Below are positions 18,342 to 27,771 of a DNA stretch of 64,000 nt, piece by piece; the stretch's first letter is position 1, and the number at the start of each line of letters is the position of its first letter. The stretch covers positions 16,760-80,759 of the forward strand of contig CAYQJL010000018.1 of the NCBI GenBank assembly GCA_964417675.1, in the 5' to 3' direction. This stretch comes from an uncultured bacterium (GTDB taxonomy: Bacteria; Eisenbacteria; RBG-16-71-46; CAIMUX01; WJJG01). Both the position numbers and the translations under genes were made by a program. The notes beneath the pieces are model-generated. The model made no database searches and was not told the DNA's origin. It was given only the letters and a program-made list of their open reading frames with translations.

Positions 18342-19496
18342 TCACCTTTCCGAGGTGTGTCTCAGCGCCAGATAGAGAATGGGAACGGCGTAGATCACGA
18401 CATAGGCGATGACGACCGACATCGTGTTGCGGCGCGAACGCCCGGCCAGCCGGCCCAAGCGATTGGCCAGCCCGATGGGGATGTCCCGCAATGGATAGAA
18501 CACGGCAATCCCGAACAGATTGAAGATCATGTGGGCGAAGGCCACGGTGATCGCCGCCGGGCTCCCGGTCGCAAACGAGGCGAGAATCGCCGTGATTGTG
18601 GTTCCCAGATTCGCACCCATCGTATAGGCGTAGATCCGCCGCACGGTCAGAACCCCGGTCCCCACCAGAGGAACAATCAGAGAGGTCGTCGCCGAACTGC
18701 TCTGCACCAACGTCGTCAGCAGCCATCCGAGCATGAACCCGGCAAGATCATTGCGGAAGAGCACCCGGTCGAAGAAGGCCTCGAAGCGCGTCATCACCAG
18801 GTTCCGCATCACCCGCACCATTTGGGTCAAGGCGGTGAAGAGGCCGGCCAGCGCCAGCAAGAGCACCGGAATCCCATAGGGCAGCAGATGAGTGATCCAC
18901 TTCGTGGCCGGTTTGACAATCCATGTCAGCGGGCTGACCAGCTGGATGCCGCCGACGCCCAGGAAGGCTTCCTCCAGCAGCAGCGCCAAACGCTCGATCG
19001 GGTGGTGAAGGCACTCGATCGGGAAGAACACCAGGACGGCCAGGAGATTGAACAGGTCGTGCACGGTGCCGGCCGCAAAGGCCCGCTCGAATTCCCGGCG
19101 GCGGGTGACATGCCCCAGCGACACGATCGTGTTGGTGACCGTCGTGCCCACGTTGGCCCCCATCAACATGGGGATGGCCACACGCAGCGGAATCGTCCCG
19201 GCCGCCACCAGCCCCACCACCAGGGATGTCGTGAAAGAGGAGCTCTGGACGATGCTGGTCACCAGGATGCCGATCAGCAGCCCGGCCAACGGCGCCGCGG
19301 CAGTGTGGAGCAGGGAGGCGGCGAAGTCGCTTCCCATGAGTTTGAATCCGGCACCCATGAGATCGATGCTGACGAAGAACACGTAGAGAGCGGCAAGAAA
19401 CAGGAGGATCCGCAGGCCGGAGGGCACCGCCGGCCGGCACGCAACCCGCATCGGGCGAGGTGGGGCGATCGGTGCCGCAGCCGCCGGCATGCGCAT
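18342..19496 (-). CDS. Na+/phosphate cotransporter, NptA (type II) family
   Basis: Duplicated NaPi-II repeats with QSSSFTTSLVVGLV and QSSSATTSLIVPLVG motifs. The ORF could start at an upstream Met (up to 19574). Confidence 0.88.
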   Translation of the reverse strand: MRMPAAAAPIAPPRPMRVACRPAVPSGLRILLFLAALYVFFVSIDLMGAGFKLMGSDFAASLLHTAAAPLAGLLIGILVTSIVQSSSFTTSLVVGLVAAGTIPLRVAIPMLMGANVGTTVTNTIVSLGHVTRRREFERAFAAGTVHDLFNLLAVLVFFPIECLHHPIERLALLLEEAFLGVGGIQLVSPLTWIVKPATKWITHLLPYGIPVLLLALAGLFTALTQMVRVMRNLVMTRFEAFFDRVLFRNDLAGFMLGWLLTTLVQSSSATTSLIVPLVGTGVLTVRRIYAYTMGANLGTTITAILASFATGSPAAITVAFAHMIFNLFGIAVFYPLRDIPIGLANRLGRLAGRSRRNTMSVVIAYVVIYAVPILYLALRHTSER

Positions 19497-19816
19497 CGTC
19501 CGCCTCGTCGGTGTCTCGCTCGGGCAGGTCGTGGTTTCCAAGAACATCCCCCTCCCGCCGGCCGCGCGGGCCAATCACATCCTCCAGTACCGGCCGCGCG
19601 GGCGACGCCTTGCCGGCACCCAGCCCGGTTTGTCAAAATTACGTTAGTATTCTGCGAGGATTCAAGTGCGGGTTTTCACCTGCCGAACAGGGGGAAAAGT
19701 GGGTTGCCAGATGGCCCCCAGTAGGGGATAATCTCCTGCTAGCTTGATCCTGTCCCGCCTGCAGGCCTGTTCTGCGGGTCTGGACGGGGCTGATCGAGGC
19801 GGTAACAGGAGGTCGG

Positions 19817-20128
19817 ATGGCAAAAAAGCCAAGAAGAGGCGGACAGGGCGGCTCCGGCGGACAGGGCGGCGGCAGCAATCGCAGGGCCCCGGCGGGCCCC
19901 CCGGTTCGCAAGCCGCGCGACGACGCAATCGAAGTCGAGGGCATCGTCAAGGTGGCGCTGCCCAATACGATGTTTCGGGTTGAACTCGAAGACGGGCGTC
20001 TGATTCTCGCCCACATCGGCGGCAAGATGCGCAAGCATTTCATCCGCATTCTTCCCGGCGACAAGGTAATCGTGGAACTCTCGATTTACGATCTCGATCG
20101 AGGCAGAATCGTCTACCGCTACAAGTAG
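19817..20128 (+). CDS. infA: translation initiation factor IF-1 with a 33-aa Gly/Arg-rich N-terminal extension
   Basis: AGGAGG RBS. Core [67 protein letters not shown] is near-identical in pattern to bacterial IF-1. It is preceded by [21 protein letters not shown]. Confidence 0.93.
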   Translation: MAKKPRRGGQGGSGGQGGGSNRRAPAGPPVRKPRDDAIEVEGIVKVALPNTMFRVELEDGRLILAHIGGKMRKHFIRILPGDKVIVELSIYDLDRGRIVYRYK

Positions 20129-20283
20129 CCGTCCGTTGCGCGTTCGAGGTCTTCCCCCTACTTCCCGAGATTCCGCATCGATCAGATAGGAGTCGACTTG
20201 CGTCTGGTCGGGAAGGTCCCGAGGAATGGACAGCTGTTTCGCAACAAACCCAGGATCAGTCATCTGATCACAGGAGGCACACG

Positions 20284-21957
20284 GTGAACTCGCTGGAGAG
20301 CAATCTCCCGGGACAGGATCCCGAGGTTGGGCGGCAGAGCCCTGCTCCAAAGGAGCAGGATCATCCCGAAACCCCCGACACACAGGCAGCCGACCCACAG
20401 CCGGTCAGTGCCGGGCCGGAGGCAACACCTGCGGCGGAGATCGGCGCTGCCGTTGACGGCGCCGACAGCGAAACCTCCCCGGCAAACCAGCCGGCCTACG
20501 AGGTGGGCCAGCGGGTATGGGGCCAGGTGCTGCGCATGACCGACAGCCAGGCGGTCGTCGCCTTGGGCGAGCGGGGCCTCGAGGAGGGCAACCTCGACCT
20601 GATCCACCTGCGCGACAAGTTCGGCAATCTCAGCCTCAACGAAGGGGATGAGGTGCAGGCCTACGTCACCGCGGTCAGTCCCGCCATCACGCTGGCGCCC
20701 TCGATGCTGCCTCCCACGGCCGAGGTCTATGCGAAGCTCAAGGCTTCCAAGGAGGCCGATGAGGTCGTCATGGCCCGGGTCGTGGGCCTGAACCGCGGAG
20801 GCATGGAACTCGACCTCGAGGGCCAGCGTGGCTTCTGCCCCTACTCGCATATTGAGATCGGCCGCTGTGAGAACCCGGAAATCTATCTCAATCATATCCT
20901 GGACTTCAAGATCACCGAACTGGACGAGGACAAGAAGCGGGTCGTTCTATCGCGGCGTGTGATCCTGGAGGCCGAGCGTCAGGAGAAGCTGCACGAGCTG
21001 GTCGCTCAGATCAAGGAAGGCGCCGAATTCGAAGGCGTCGTCACGCGGCTCCAACCGTTTGGTTCCTTTGTCGATATCGGCGGTGTCGAGGGGCTGGTGC
21101 ATGTATCCGAGATGAGTTTCGACCGCATCGGCCACCCCCAGGAAGTTGTTCGCCGGGGGGAGAAGGTGCGGGTCAAGGTGTTGGGAATCACGCGCGGCAA
21201 AGACGGCAAGGATCGTATCCGCCTGTCGATGAAAGCGCTGATGCAGGATCCGTGGCTGATCGTCGACGAGGTCTTCAAGCACAACGATATCGTGACCGGT
21301 ATGGTCACCCGTCTGACCGACTTCGGCGCCTTCATCAAGCTGCACCCGGGCGTCGAGGGCTTGCTGCACATCTCCGAGTACAAACCGCGGGATGTCGGCG
21401 CGAACGAGACGCCCAGCGAGCCGGCCACGGCCGCTGCCGACAAGACCGCCGACGAAGCAACGCGTCCGGCTGACGGCCTGCCGGTTGCCGGCCGCGAGAT
21501 CACCGTCCGGATCGCTCGTATCGATCGCGATCGTCGGCGGATCTCGCTCTCACTCCAGAATGAAGACCGTGAGGAAGGCAAGAAGCAGCATGACGCCTCA
21601 GTGGGAGAAGTTCACACGGGGGTGGTGCGCACGATCAAGCCGTACGGAGTCTTCGTGGACCTTCCGACCGTTGGCCCCTGGGTAAGCGGGTTGCTGCCGG
21701 CCGCGGAAACCGGTCTCGAACGAGGCGTCAACCTTGCCAAGAAGTTCACCACAGGCCAGGAGGTCAAGGTCGAGATCATCGAAATCGACGATCGCGGCCG
21801 CCTGCGCCTGAGCCAGCGGAGTCTGTTGGATCCTTCGGAAGGCGGACTGGGCGCGGCCGGGAGCCGTGATGCAATGCCCACCGCGCCCCCCGGCGGTTTC
21901 AATGTCTTCGCCGAGGCCATGAAACGCGCCCAGCAACGGCAGCGGGGCGACGCCTAG
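20284..21957 (+). CDS. rpsA: ribosomal protein S1-like protein (multiple S1 domains) with an acidic Pro-rich N-terminal extension
   Basis: GTG start after AGGAGG. Four to five S1-domain repeats (GQRVWGQVLRM..., FEGVVTRLQPFGSFVDIGGVEGLVHVSE, VTGMVTRLTDFGAFIKL..., HTGVVRTIKPYGVFVDL...). 557 aa. Confidence 0.78.
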   Translation: MNSLESNLPGQDPEVGRQSPAPKEQDHPETPDTQAADPQPVSAGPEATPAAEIGAAVDGADSETSPANQPAYEVGQRVWGQVLRMTDSQAVVALGERGLEEGNLDLIHLRDKFGNLSLNEGDEVQAYVTAVSPAITLAPSMLPPTAEVYAKLKASKEADEVVMARVVGLNRGGMELDLEGQRGFCPYSHIEIGRCENPEIYLNHILDFKITELDEDKKRVVLSRRVILEAERQEKLHELVAQIKEGAEFEGVVTRLQPFGSFVDIGGVEGLVHVSEMSFDRIGHPQEVVRRGEKVRVKVLGITRGKDGKDRIRLSMKALMQDPWLIVDEVFKHNDIVTGMVTRLTDFGAFIKLHPGVEGLLHISEYKPRDVGANETPSEPATAAADKTADEATRPADGLPVAGREITVRIARIDRDRRRISLSLQNEDREEGKKQHDASVGEVHTGVVRTIKPYGVFVDLPTVGPWVSGLLPAAETGLERGVNLAKKFTTGQEVKVEIIEIDDRGRLRLSQRSLLDPSEGGLGAAGSRDAMPTAPPGGFNVFAEAMKRAQQRQRGDA

Positions 21958-21961
21958 GCCG

Positions 21962-22140
21962 GGCTCCTCCTCCACGCCGTCCGGCCGTCCGAACGGCCCA
22001 TGCGCGGCCGGCTGGCTGGCCGTCCAGATGGCCCGTGTGCGCGTGGCCATTGGCCGTCCATATGGCCCATGTGCGACCGGCTGGCCGGCGGAACGGCCCA
22101 TCTGCGACCGACTGGCCGGCCGAATGGCTCGTGGGCCTTC
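21962..22140. repeat. intergenic degenerate tandem repeats (about 5 copies of a ~33-bp unit GGCCGTCCAGATGGCCCATGTGCGACCGGCTGGCC)
   Basis: Direct repeats between the rpsA stop and the start of the membrane operon. Confidence 0.8.
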
Positions 22141-22323
22141 CTTCGGTGCCGCCAGTGGCAGGACATGCCGCCCCCTACACTCGAGAACACCCATCCGGCA
22201 TTGCCCTGGATCGACGGATCGACTAGTCTGCTGCCCATGCGCCTGTTTCGCGAAGGCCACGGCGGTGACACCAGATCCCGCCGCGACGGATCTCACCCAA
22301 GAAAGCCGAAAGGGAGAAACGGA

Positions 22324-23610
22324 ATGAGGTCAGCTCTTCGGCCGTCCGTCGGTCGCGCTCCCCTCCCCGTCCCACCCCACACTCGCCGGCCGCATCTGCT
22401 GTCGCCCATGCTGGGCCTCGTCATGCTGGTCCTGCCGGGTGTGTGGCTGGGCCCGGCCGTGGCCCAGGACGCCGGTACGATGGACAGCGCTCCCGTTACC
22501 CCACCGGGCGACGTCGTCGCTCTGGATACCCCGAGCGATCGGGGACAGAGCATCACCGTGAGGTGGACCTGTCCAGCGGTGGACATTGGCCCCGGCGGCC
22601 CGGTCCTGGGGTATCGAATCGATCGAGCCACGACCCCACAGGGCCCCTTCGAGATGGTCGGGCAGGCCTCGCCGCTCGCGGGGCGCTATGACGATGTCGG
22701 CGCGCAAGACAGTGTCGAGTACTGGTACCAGGTGACGACGCTGGCTCTCGCGGGTGAGGCCTCATCCCCCCCGGTGGGGCCGGTGGTCGCGAAGCCGCAG
22801 TGGATCAACACGCGCCAGTGGAATGTCTTCCTGATCCTGGTCTTGCTCCTGGGTTTCAACATCTACTACATCGAGCACATCCGGGCCGGCGGCACCCCGT
22901 TCATCCGCAAGATCGCGGGGCTGGAGGCGGTCGCCGAGGCGGTCGGACGGGCCACGGAAATGGGCCGACCCATTCTCTTCGTGCCCGGCATTCAGGATAT
23001 GAACGATATCCAGACCGTCGCCGGAGTGACGATTCTGGGGCACATCGCCCGCACCGTGGCCGAATACGACTCGCGGCTGGTCGTTCCGACCAGTCGCGCA
23101 CTGGTCATGACCACCGCGCGCGAGACGGTCAAGGAGGCCTATCTCTCCGTCGGCCGGCCGGACTCCTACGACGAGAACTCGATCTACTACGTAACCGATG
23201 AGCAGTTCGGCTATGTAGCCGGGGTCAACGGCTACATGGTCCGGGAAAAACCGGCCACCTGCTTCTACATGGGCGCCTTCTTCGCGGAAAGCCTGATTCT
23301 CTCGGAAACCGGCAACTCGATCGGTGCGATCCAGGTGGCCGGGACCGCCATGCCCGCACAGCTGCCCTTCTTCGTGGCGTCCTGTGATTACACCTTGATC
23401 GGCGAGGAGCTCTTCGCCGCCAGCGCCTACCTGTCGGGGGAGCCCAAGCAACTCGGCAGCATCAAGGGACAGGATGTCGGCAAGTTGATCGGCATGATCT
23501 CGATCGTGGCGGGCGTCATCATCCTGACCTTGGCGGCCGTCACCGGTGTGGAGTTCATTCAAACCCTCGGGGACTGGGTACGCGCGTTCTGGTCCACCTC
23601 TTTGGCGTAA
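22324..23610 (+). CDS. uncharacterised membrane protein: signal peptide, FN3/Ig-like domain, TM, ~270-aa domain, C-terminal TM; paralogous core shared with the gene at 24345
   Basis: AAGGGAGAAA RBS. Region VAGTAMPAQLPFFVASCDYTLIGEELFAASAYLSGEP aligns with AGGCTAVQAPLMYPYYPDQMVGLMGGIKAGAEYEQLL of the third gene. Confidence 0.65.
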   Translation: MRSALRPSVGRAPLPVPPHTRRPHLLSPMLGLVMLVLPGVWLGPAVAQDAGTMDSAPVTPPGDVVALDTPSDRGQSITVRWTCPAVDIGPGGPVLGYRIDRATTPQGPFEMVGQASPLAGRYDDVGAQDSVEYWYQVTTLALAGEASSPPVGPVVAKPQWINTRQWNVFLILVLLLGFNIYYIEHIRAGGTPFIRKIAGLEAVAEAVGRATEMGRPILFVPGIQDMNDIQTVAGVTILGHIARTVAEYDSRLVVPTSRALVMTTARETVKEAYLSVGRPDSYDENSIYYVTDEQFGYVAGVNGYMVREKPATCFYMGAFFAESLILSETGNSIGAIQVAGTAMPAQLPFFVASCDYTLIGEELFAASAYLSGEPKQLGSIKGQDVGKLIGMISIVAGVIILTLAAVTGVEFIQTLGDWVRAFWSTSLA

Positions 23611-23622
23611 GGAGCATCGATC

Positions 23623-24306
23623 ATGAGGCGAACGGTTCCACTATTGATCACCGCCATCGTAGGCGGTGTGCTCGTGATCGCATATTTCATCCCGCATCCG
23701 CCCTTCGACGGCCTGCGGGAGGATTTCAGCATCTTCTTCGACATCATCGCCGCGGTCGCCTTCATCCTCGGGGGCGGCAACCTGATCAAGATGCACGGCA
23801 ACCGCATCAGCCGCCGGGAGAAGGGGTTCTTCTACAGCCTCGTCACGGTGGCCAGCTTCGTCATCGTCCTACTCATCGGGCTCCTGAAACTCGGCAATCC
23901 GGGAGGGTTCGGCAGCGGCACCTCGGTGGTCACCGAGGGCTCGGCCTTCCACTACGCCTACCAGTATGTCTTCCGGCCCTGCGCCGCAACGATGTTCGCG
24001 CTCCTGGCCTTCTATGTCGCCTCGGCCTCGTTCCGGGCCTTTCGGGCGAAGAACGCCGAGGCCACGATCCTCCTGCTGGTGGCCTTCACGATTCTCCTGG
24101 GACGCACCTTCGTAGGCGCGCTGGCGACGAGCTGGCTGCCGGACTCGTTGTACTTCCTCAAGATCCCCTATCTGGCCGACAAGATCATGGTCGTCCTGAA
24201 CTTCGCCGGCAATCGCGCCATCATGATCGGCATCGCGCTGGGAATCATCTCGACATCGCTGAAGGTCATCATCGGCATCGACCGGTCATACCTGGGCTCG
24301 GACTAG
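23623..24306 (+). CDS. polytopic membrane protein (5-6 TM), unknown function
   Basis: 13-bp spacing from the upstream gene. Hydrophobic helices throughout. Confidence 0.65.
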   Translation: MRRTVPLLITAIVGGVLVIAYFIPHPPFDGLREDFSIFFDIIAAVAFILGGGNLIKMHGNRISRREKGFFYSLVTVASFVIVLLIGLLKLGNPGGFGSGTSVVTEGSAFHYAYQYVFRPCAATMFALLAFYVASASFRAFRAKNAEATILLLVAFTILLGRTFVGALATSWLPDSLYFLKIPYLADKIMVVLNFAGNRAIMIGIALGIISTSLKVIIGIDRSYLGSD

Positions 24307-24344
24307 GGAGCAACCAAGGTGGCTCGGACTAAGGAGGAACCAAG

Positions 24345-25229
24345 GTGAGCAACGGGAACCTGGTCGAGAAGATCAACGAACTCGACAAACGCTGGGTTTT
24401 CCTCGCCATCGGCCTGGCCGTGGTGATCTCAACGGCCTTCGGCCTGACCTTCCCGGAGATTCCCACCCCCATGGTCAAGGCCATCTTCGACAAGGTCGAA
24501 AGCCTCCCGCGGGGATCGCGGGTGTTGCTGCCGTTCGACTACGATCCGGGGAGTGAGCCGGAGCTGCAACCGATGGCCGAGGCGTTCGTGCGCCATTGCG
24601 CCGAGCGCGGACTGAAGATGTACTTCATCGCCCTCTGGCCGCTGGGCCAACAGATGGTCGAGGGGGTCACCAATCGTTTGATCCAGATCGAGTATCCCGA
24701 TCTGGAGTATGGACAGGATTACATGGACTTCGGCTACAAGAGCGGGAACGAGGGCGTCATCGCCGTCATCCTGACCGATCTGCGCAAGCTCTATACGACC
24801 GATGCCCACGGCACTTCGATCGGCCGGGTCCCGATGATGCAAGGCATCACGAGCATCCGTGGATTCGACCTGATCCTGAATGTCAGCGCCGGATACCCCG
24901 GCATGAAGGAGTGGATCCAGTACGCCGGCACGCCCGGAAACATTCCGGTCGCCGGGGGCTGTACGGCCGTCCAGGCGCCGCTGATGTATCCCTACTATCC
25001 GGATCAGATGGTCGGGCTCATGGGCGGCATCAAGGCCGGCGCCGAATACGAGCAGCTCCTGATCGAGAAGTATCCGGAGTTTGCCGAAGACAAGCGTCGC
25101 TACACGACCGCCCTGATACGGATGGGCCCGCAGACGGTCACACATCTGGCGATCATCTTCTTCATCATCGTAGGCAACGTCACCTACCAGATCCTGCGCC
25201 GCAGACAAAATCTGCAGGGTCTGAAGTAG
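24345..25229 (+). CDS. bitopic membrane protein (N- and C-terminal TM flanking a ~230-aa extracytoplasmic domain), paralog of the first gene's core
   Basis: AGGAGG-type RBS. Architecture resembles GldG-like ABC-transporter auxiliary proteins. Unverified. Confidence 0.65.
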   Translation: MSNGNLVEKINELDKRWVFLAIGLAVVISTAFGLTFPEIPTPMVKAIFDKVESLPRGSRVLLPFDYDPGSEPELQPMAEAFVRHCAERGLKMYFIALWPLGQQMVEGVTNRLIQIEYPDLEYGQDYMDFGYKSGNEGVIAVILTDLRKLYTTDAHGTSIGRVPMMQGITSIRGFDLILNVSAGYPGMKEWIQYAGTPGNIPVAGGCTAVQAPLMYPYYPDQMVGLMGGIKAGAEYEQLLIEKYPEFAEDKRRYTTALIRMGPQTVTHLAIIFFIIVGNVTYQILRRRQNLQGLK

Positions 25230-25344
25230 AGGTCGCAAATCCGAGAGGCATGGGGGCACAGAGGTCTGGCCACGAGTGCCCGAGTGGAGAGCGGAGGGCC
25301 CATCGCCGCTGCGCGGGCCGGGATGATAGGACGAGGAGCCTGAC

Positions 25345-26142
25345 ATGAAGCGGATCATTTGGCTGGGGATTCTGGGCGTCACGACCCTGATCCTGATCGT
25401 GCGGACCATCGGCGGCGACATGCCCAATCCGTTCGGGTCGGCCGATGGGTTTGGGATCTGGCTGGCCGCCTGCTTGACGCTGGCGATCCTGAGTTTCCTC
25501 TACAATGACAATCCTCTCTACAAGTTCGCCGAACATCTCTTCGTGGGGGTCTCGGCGGCCTACTGGATGGTGATGGGTTTCTGGTCCACCCTGGTGCCCA
25601 ACCTGTTCGGCAAGCTGGCGCCGGAGACGACCGCCAAGATCTTCCTTCCCGGCATCGCCGGAACCGAGCGGGATCCACTCTGGTTCATGTATTTCATTCC
25701 CCTGATCTTCGGAGTCCTCTTACTGTTGAGGCTCTCGCCCAAGGGCGGCCACCTGTCGCGGTGGGCCTTGGCCTTCATTCTGGGAACGACGGCCGGATTG
25801 CGCCTGATCGCATTCCTGACCGCGGACTTCATGGGGCAGATTGGCTCGACCCTGAAGTCGGTCGCCGGTCTGACACCCGCGCTCCTGCCCGGCGGCCAGC
25901 CGACCTTCAGCTTCGAGGCGATGTTCTGGGATTTCATCGCGGTCATCGCAATCATGGCGGCGCTCTGCTACTTCTATTTCTCGAAGGCGCACACCGGGCT
26001 GTTCGGCAGGTTCTCCCGCCTCGGCATCTGGGTCTTGATGGTCACCTTCGGGGCCGGTTTTGGCTACACGGTCATGGGGCGTATCGCGCTGCTCGTGGGC
26101 CGGGTCGAGTTCCTGTTGGTGGAGTGGCTGCAGGTACTGTGA
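25345..26142 (+). CDS. polytopic membrane protein (6-7 TM), unknown function
   Basis: GGAG RBS. Last gene of a four-gene co-directional cluster. Confidence 0.65.
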   Translation: MKRIIWLGILGVTTLILIVRTIGGDMPNPFGSADGFGIWLAACLTLAILSFLYNDNPLYKFAEHLFVGVSAAYWMVMGFWSTLVPNLFGKLAPETTAKIFLPGIAGTERDPLWFMYFIPLIFGVLLLLRLSPKGGHLSRWALAFILGTTAGLRLIAFLTADFMGQIGSTLKSVAGLTPALLPGGQPTFSFEAMFWDFIAVIAIMAALCYFYFSKAHTGLFGRFSRLGIWVLMVTFGAGFGYTVMGRIALLVGRVEFLLVEWLQVL

Positions 26143-26228
26143 CGCCAGAAGAGAGATCCTGACCCAGCAACAGGGGAATCTTGGCCCTGCTGCTGATATG
26201 GCCCGGAGTGTGAGGGCCAGCAGCCGGC

Positions 26229-26340
26229 AAGCGCCGCGGGAAGGCCCTGCCGGGCAGGTCAGTCGTTGCGGGAAGGCCCTCCCGGGAAGGTCAGTCGTTG
26301 CGGGAAGGCCCTCCCGGGGAGGTCAGTCGTTGCGGGAGGG
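26229..26340. repeat. three tandem copies of a ~36-bp unit, each containing a short hairpin (cggga-aggccc-tcccg)
   Basis: gcgggaaggccctcccgggaaggtcagtcgttgcg x3. Overlaps the 3' end of the anti-sigma gene on the minus strand. Confidence 0.85.
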
Positions 26341-26985
26341 CCCCCGGCCGCGAGGTTTGGCATCGCTGTCCGGATCGGCCATCTCGTCGACCTCAATGTC
26401 GACCCGGCAATTCTCCAGGAGAACGCCCTCGAGCGCGAGCCGCTCGGTCGCGCCGTCTGCATCCAATGCAAAAGACAGCCCCAGCGAGGGGAAGGACAGC
26501 CGCGCCGGAACCTGCCCAGTCCGTAGAGAATGCTCCACGACGGCCCGGTATCCACCCCTATCCCCGGCGCGGTAGAAGCACACCTCGTACTGACCGTCAT
26601 CGCTGCGGCAGACCGCCAGGGGCGCCTCCGCCTGCCGCACGGGCTCCTTGGCCGCCAGGACGGGGCGGGCATCCTCCGCGGGACCGAACTCGAGTGGAAT
26701 GATGCGCCGGAGCGGACCGCGCCCCACAGTAGCACGCAGTTTGTCGCTGATCCCCTCGAGGACTTCCTCAACCAGCGCGTTGTCACCGTTGACGATCGCG
26801 TTGGGCGGGTCCTCTCCAGCACAGGGGATGACGGCGGCCGGCCGATGGGCCTTGACCGCTTCCGCGAATATCTCGCGGCATCGGTCACAGGCGGCAAGGT
26901 GATCGCTCAGCGACCTGCCTAGCGCGCGACTGCAGGTTCCGGCGATCAGCATCGCGATCTGCATATTTGACAAGCAGTTACTCAT
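26323..26985 (-). CDS. anti-sigma factor, zf-HC2 (HxxxCxxC) type, apparently cytoplasmic
   Basis: N-terminal SDHLAACDRCREIF zinc-finger motif of ECF anti-sigma factors. No TM segment visible. Downstream of the ECF sigma. Confidence 0.65.
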   Translation of the reverse strand: MSNCLSNMQIAMLIAGTCSRALGRSLSDHLAACDRCREIFAEAVKAHRPAAVIPCAGEDPPNAIVNGDNALVEEVLEGISDKLRATVGRGPLRRIIPLEFGPAEDARPVLAAKEPVRQAEAPLAVCRSDDGQYEVCFYRAGDRGGYRAVVEHSLRTGQVPARLSFPSLGLSFALDADGATERLALEGVLLENCRVDIEVDEMADPDSDAKPRGRGPSRND

Positions 26986-27204
26986 ACATTCACCACAGAG
27001 ACGATTGCCAGCTCGCCGATCCTCCCATCTTCTCTACGAGATCCGGCCCGCCTCTCTTCTGCCGATCGACAGGCCGCTCGCACAAAGGAAGGCTCACCCG
27101 AGCCACTGCCTCGCCTCCTCCCGCCGGTTTCTCTCCCGCCAGTCTCCGCTGGCCGGTCTCTCTACCGCTAGTCTCCGCCCGCGCGGATCCGGCCCCCAGA
27201 CTTC

Positions 27205-27771
27205 CTACTCCCCAACATCAAGGCAGGCCTGGCCCCGTAAGAACGTCCGGGCCCGGGCCAGACATGTGGCGACCGATCCGAGCGGCATGCCCAGGGACAT
27301 CGCAATCTCGGCATCCTTGAGGCCGGCCACATGCAGAAGCATGCAGACGCGGTCCTTGGGCCTCGGGATCTGCTCGATTCCGGCGGCCAGGCGCTCGACC
27401 TTCAGTCCATCATCGGCGCGCAACCGGCTGGGCGGCTCCGCTATGGAAACCAGATCCACTTCCTGCGCGCGGCGGCGGTTCGAGGCGCTCTTGAGCCAAT
27501 CCAACCAGTGGCGCACCGCGACGGTCTTCAGGAAGGTCTTCAGGGGGGCCCGGCTGGGCTCATACTGGCGCAAGACCCTGAACTCATCCCGGAGGAGCTT
27601 CTCCATATAACTCTGGAGAAGATCCTTGAGATCCTCTTCATTCGGAACCCGGCTGCGATACACGGGAAGAACGATCCGCAGCGCCGCCCGCGCAAACGCA
27701 TCGGCTTGCTCCGGCCGGCCGGCCAGGATGCCTCTCCACAGGCGCAGCCACTCCCGGTCGTCAATCGCCAT
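27205..27771 (-). CDS. ECF (group IV) RNA polymerase sigma factor
   Basis: Sigma-2 region (LLQSYMEKLLRDEF...) and sigma-4 HTH (KDRVCMLLHVAGLKDAEIAMSLGMPLGSVATCLARAR). The start overlaps the upstream gene's stop by 11 nt. Confidence 0.85.
   Translation of the reverse strand: MAIDDREWLRLWRGILAGRPEQADAFARAALRIVLPVYRSRVPNEEDLKDLLQSYMEKLLRDEFRVLRQYEPSRAPLKTFLKTVAVRHWLDWLKSASNRRRAQEVDLVSIAEPPSRLRADDGLKVERLAAGIEQIPRPKDRVCMLLHVAGLKDAEIAMSLGMPLGSVATCLARARTFLRGQACLDVGE

Noticed and set aside
19580-19816. Divergent promoter between the Na/Pi transporter and infA (TTGTCA ... TATTCT / GATAAT)
   Set aside because: Hexamers are present but spacing does not fit a canonical sigma-70 promoter, so no promoter feature was called. 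The region is simply noted as AT-richer.
26986-27204. Small gene or alternative anti-sigma start in the 219-bp gap between the sigma and anti-sigma genes
   Set aside because: Contains short gtctccgc repeats but no convincing ORF with RBS. The anti-sigma start was kept at the first Met of the zf-HC2 motif-containing frame.
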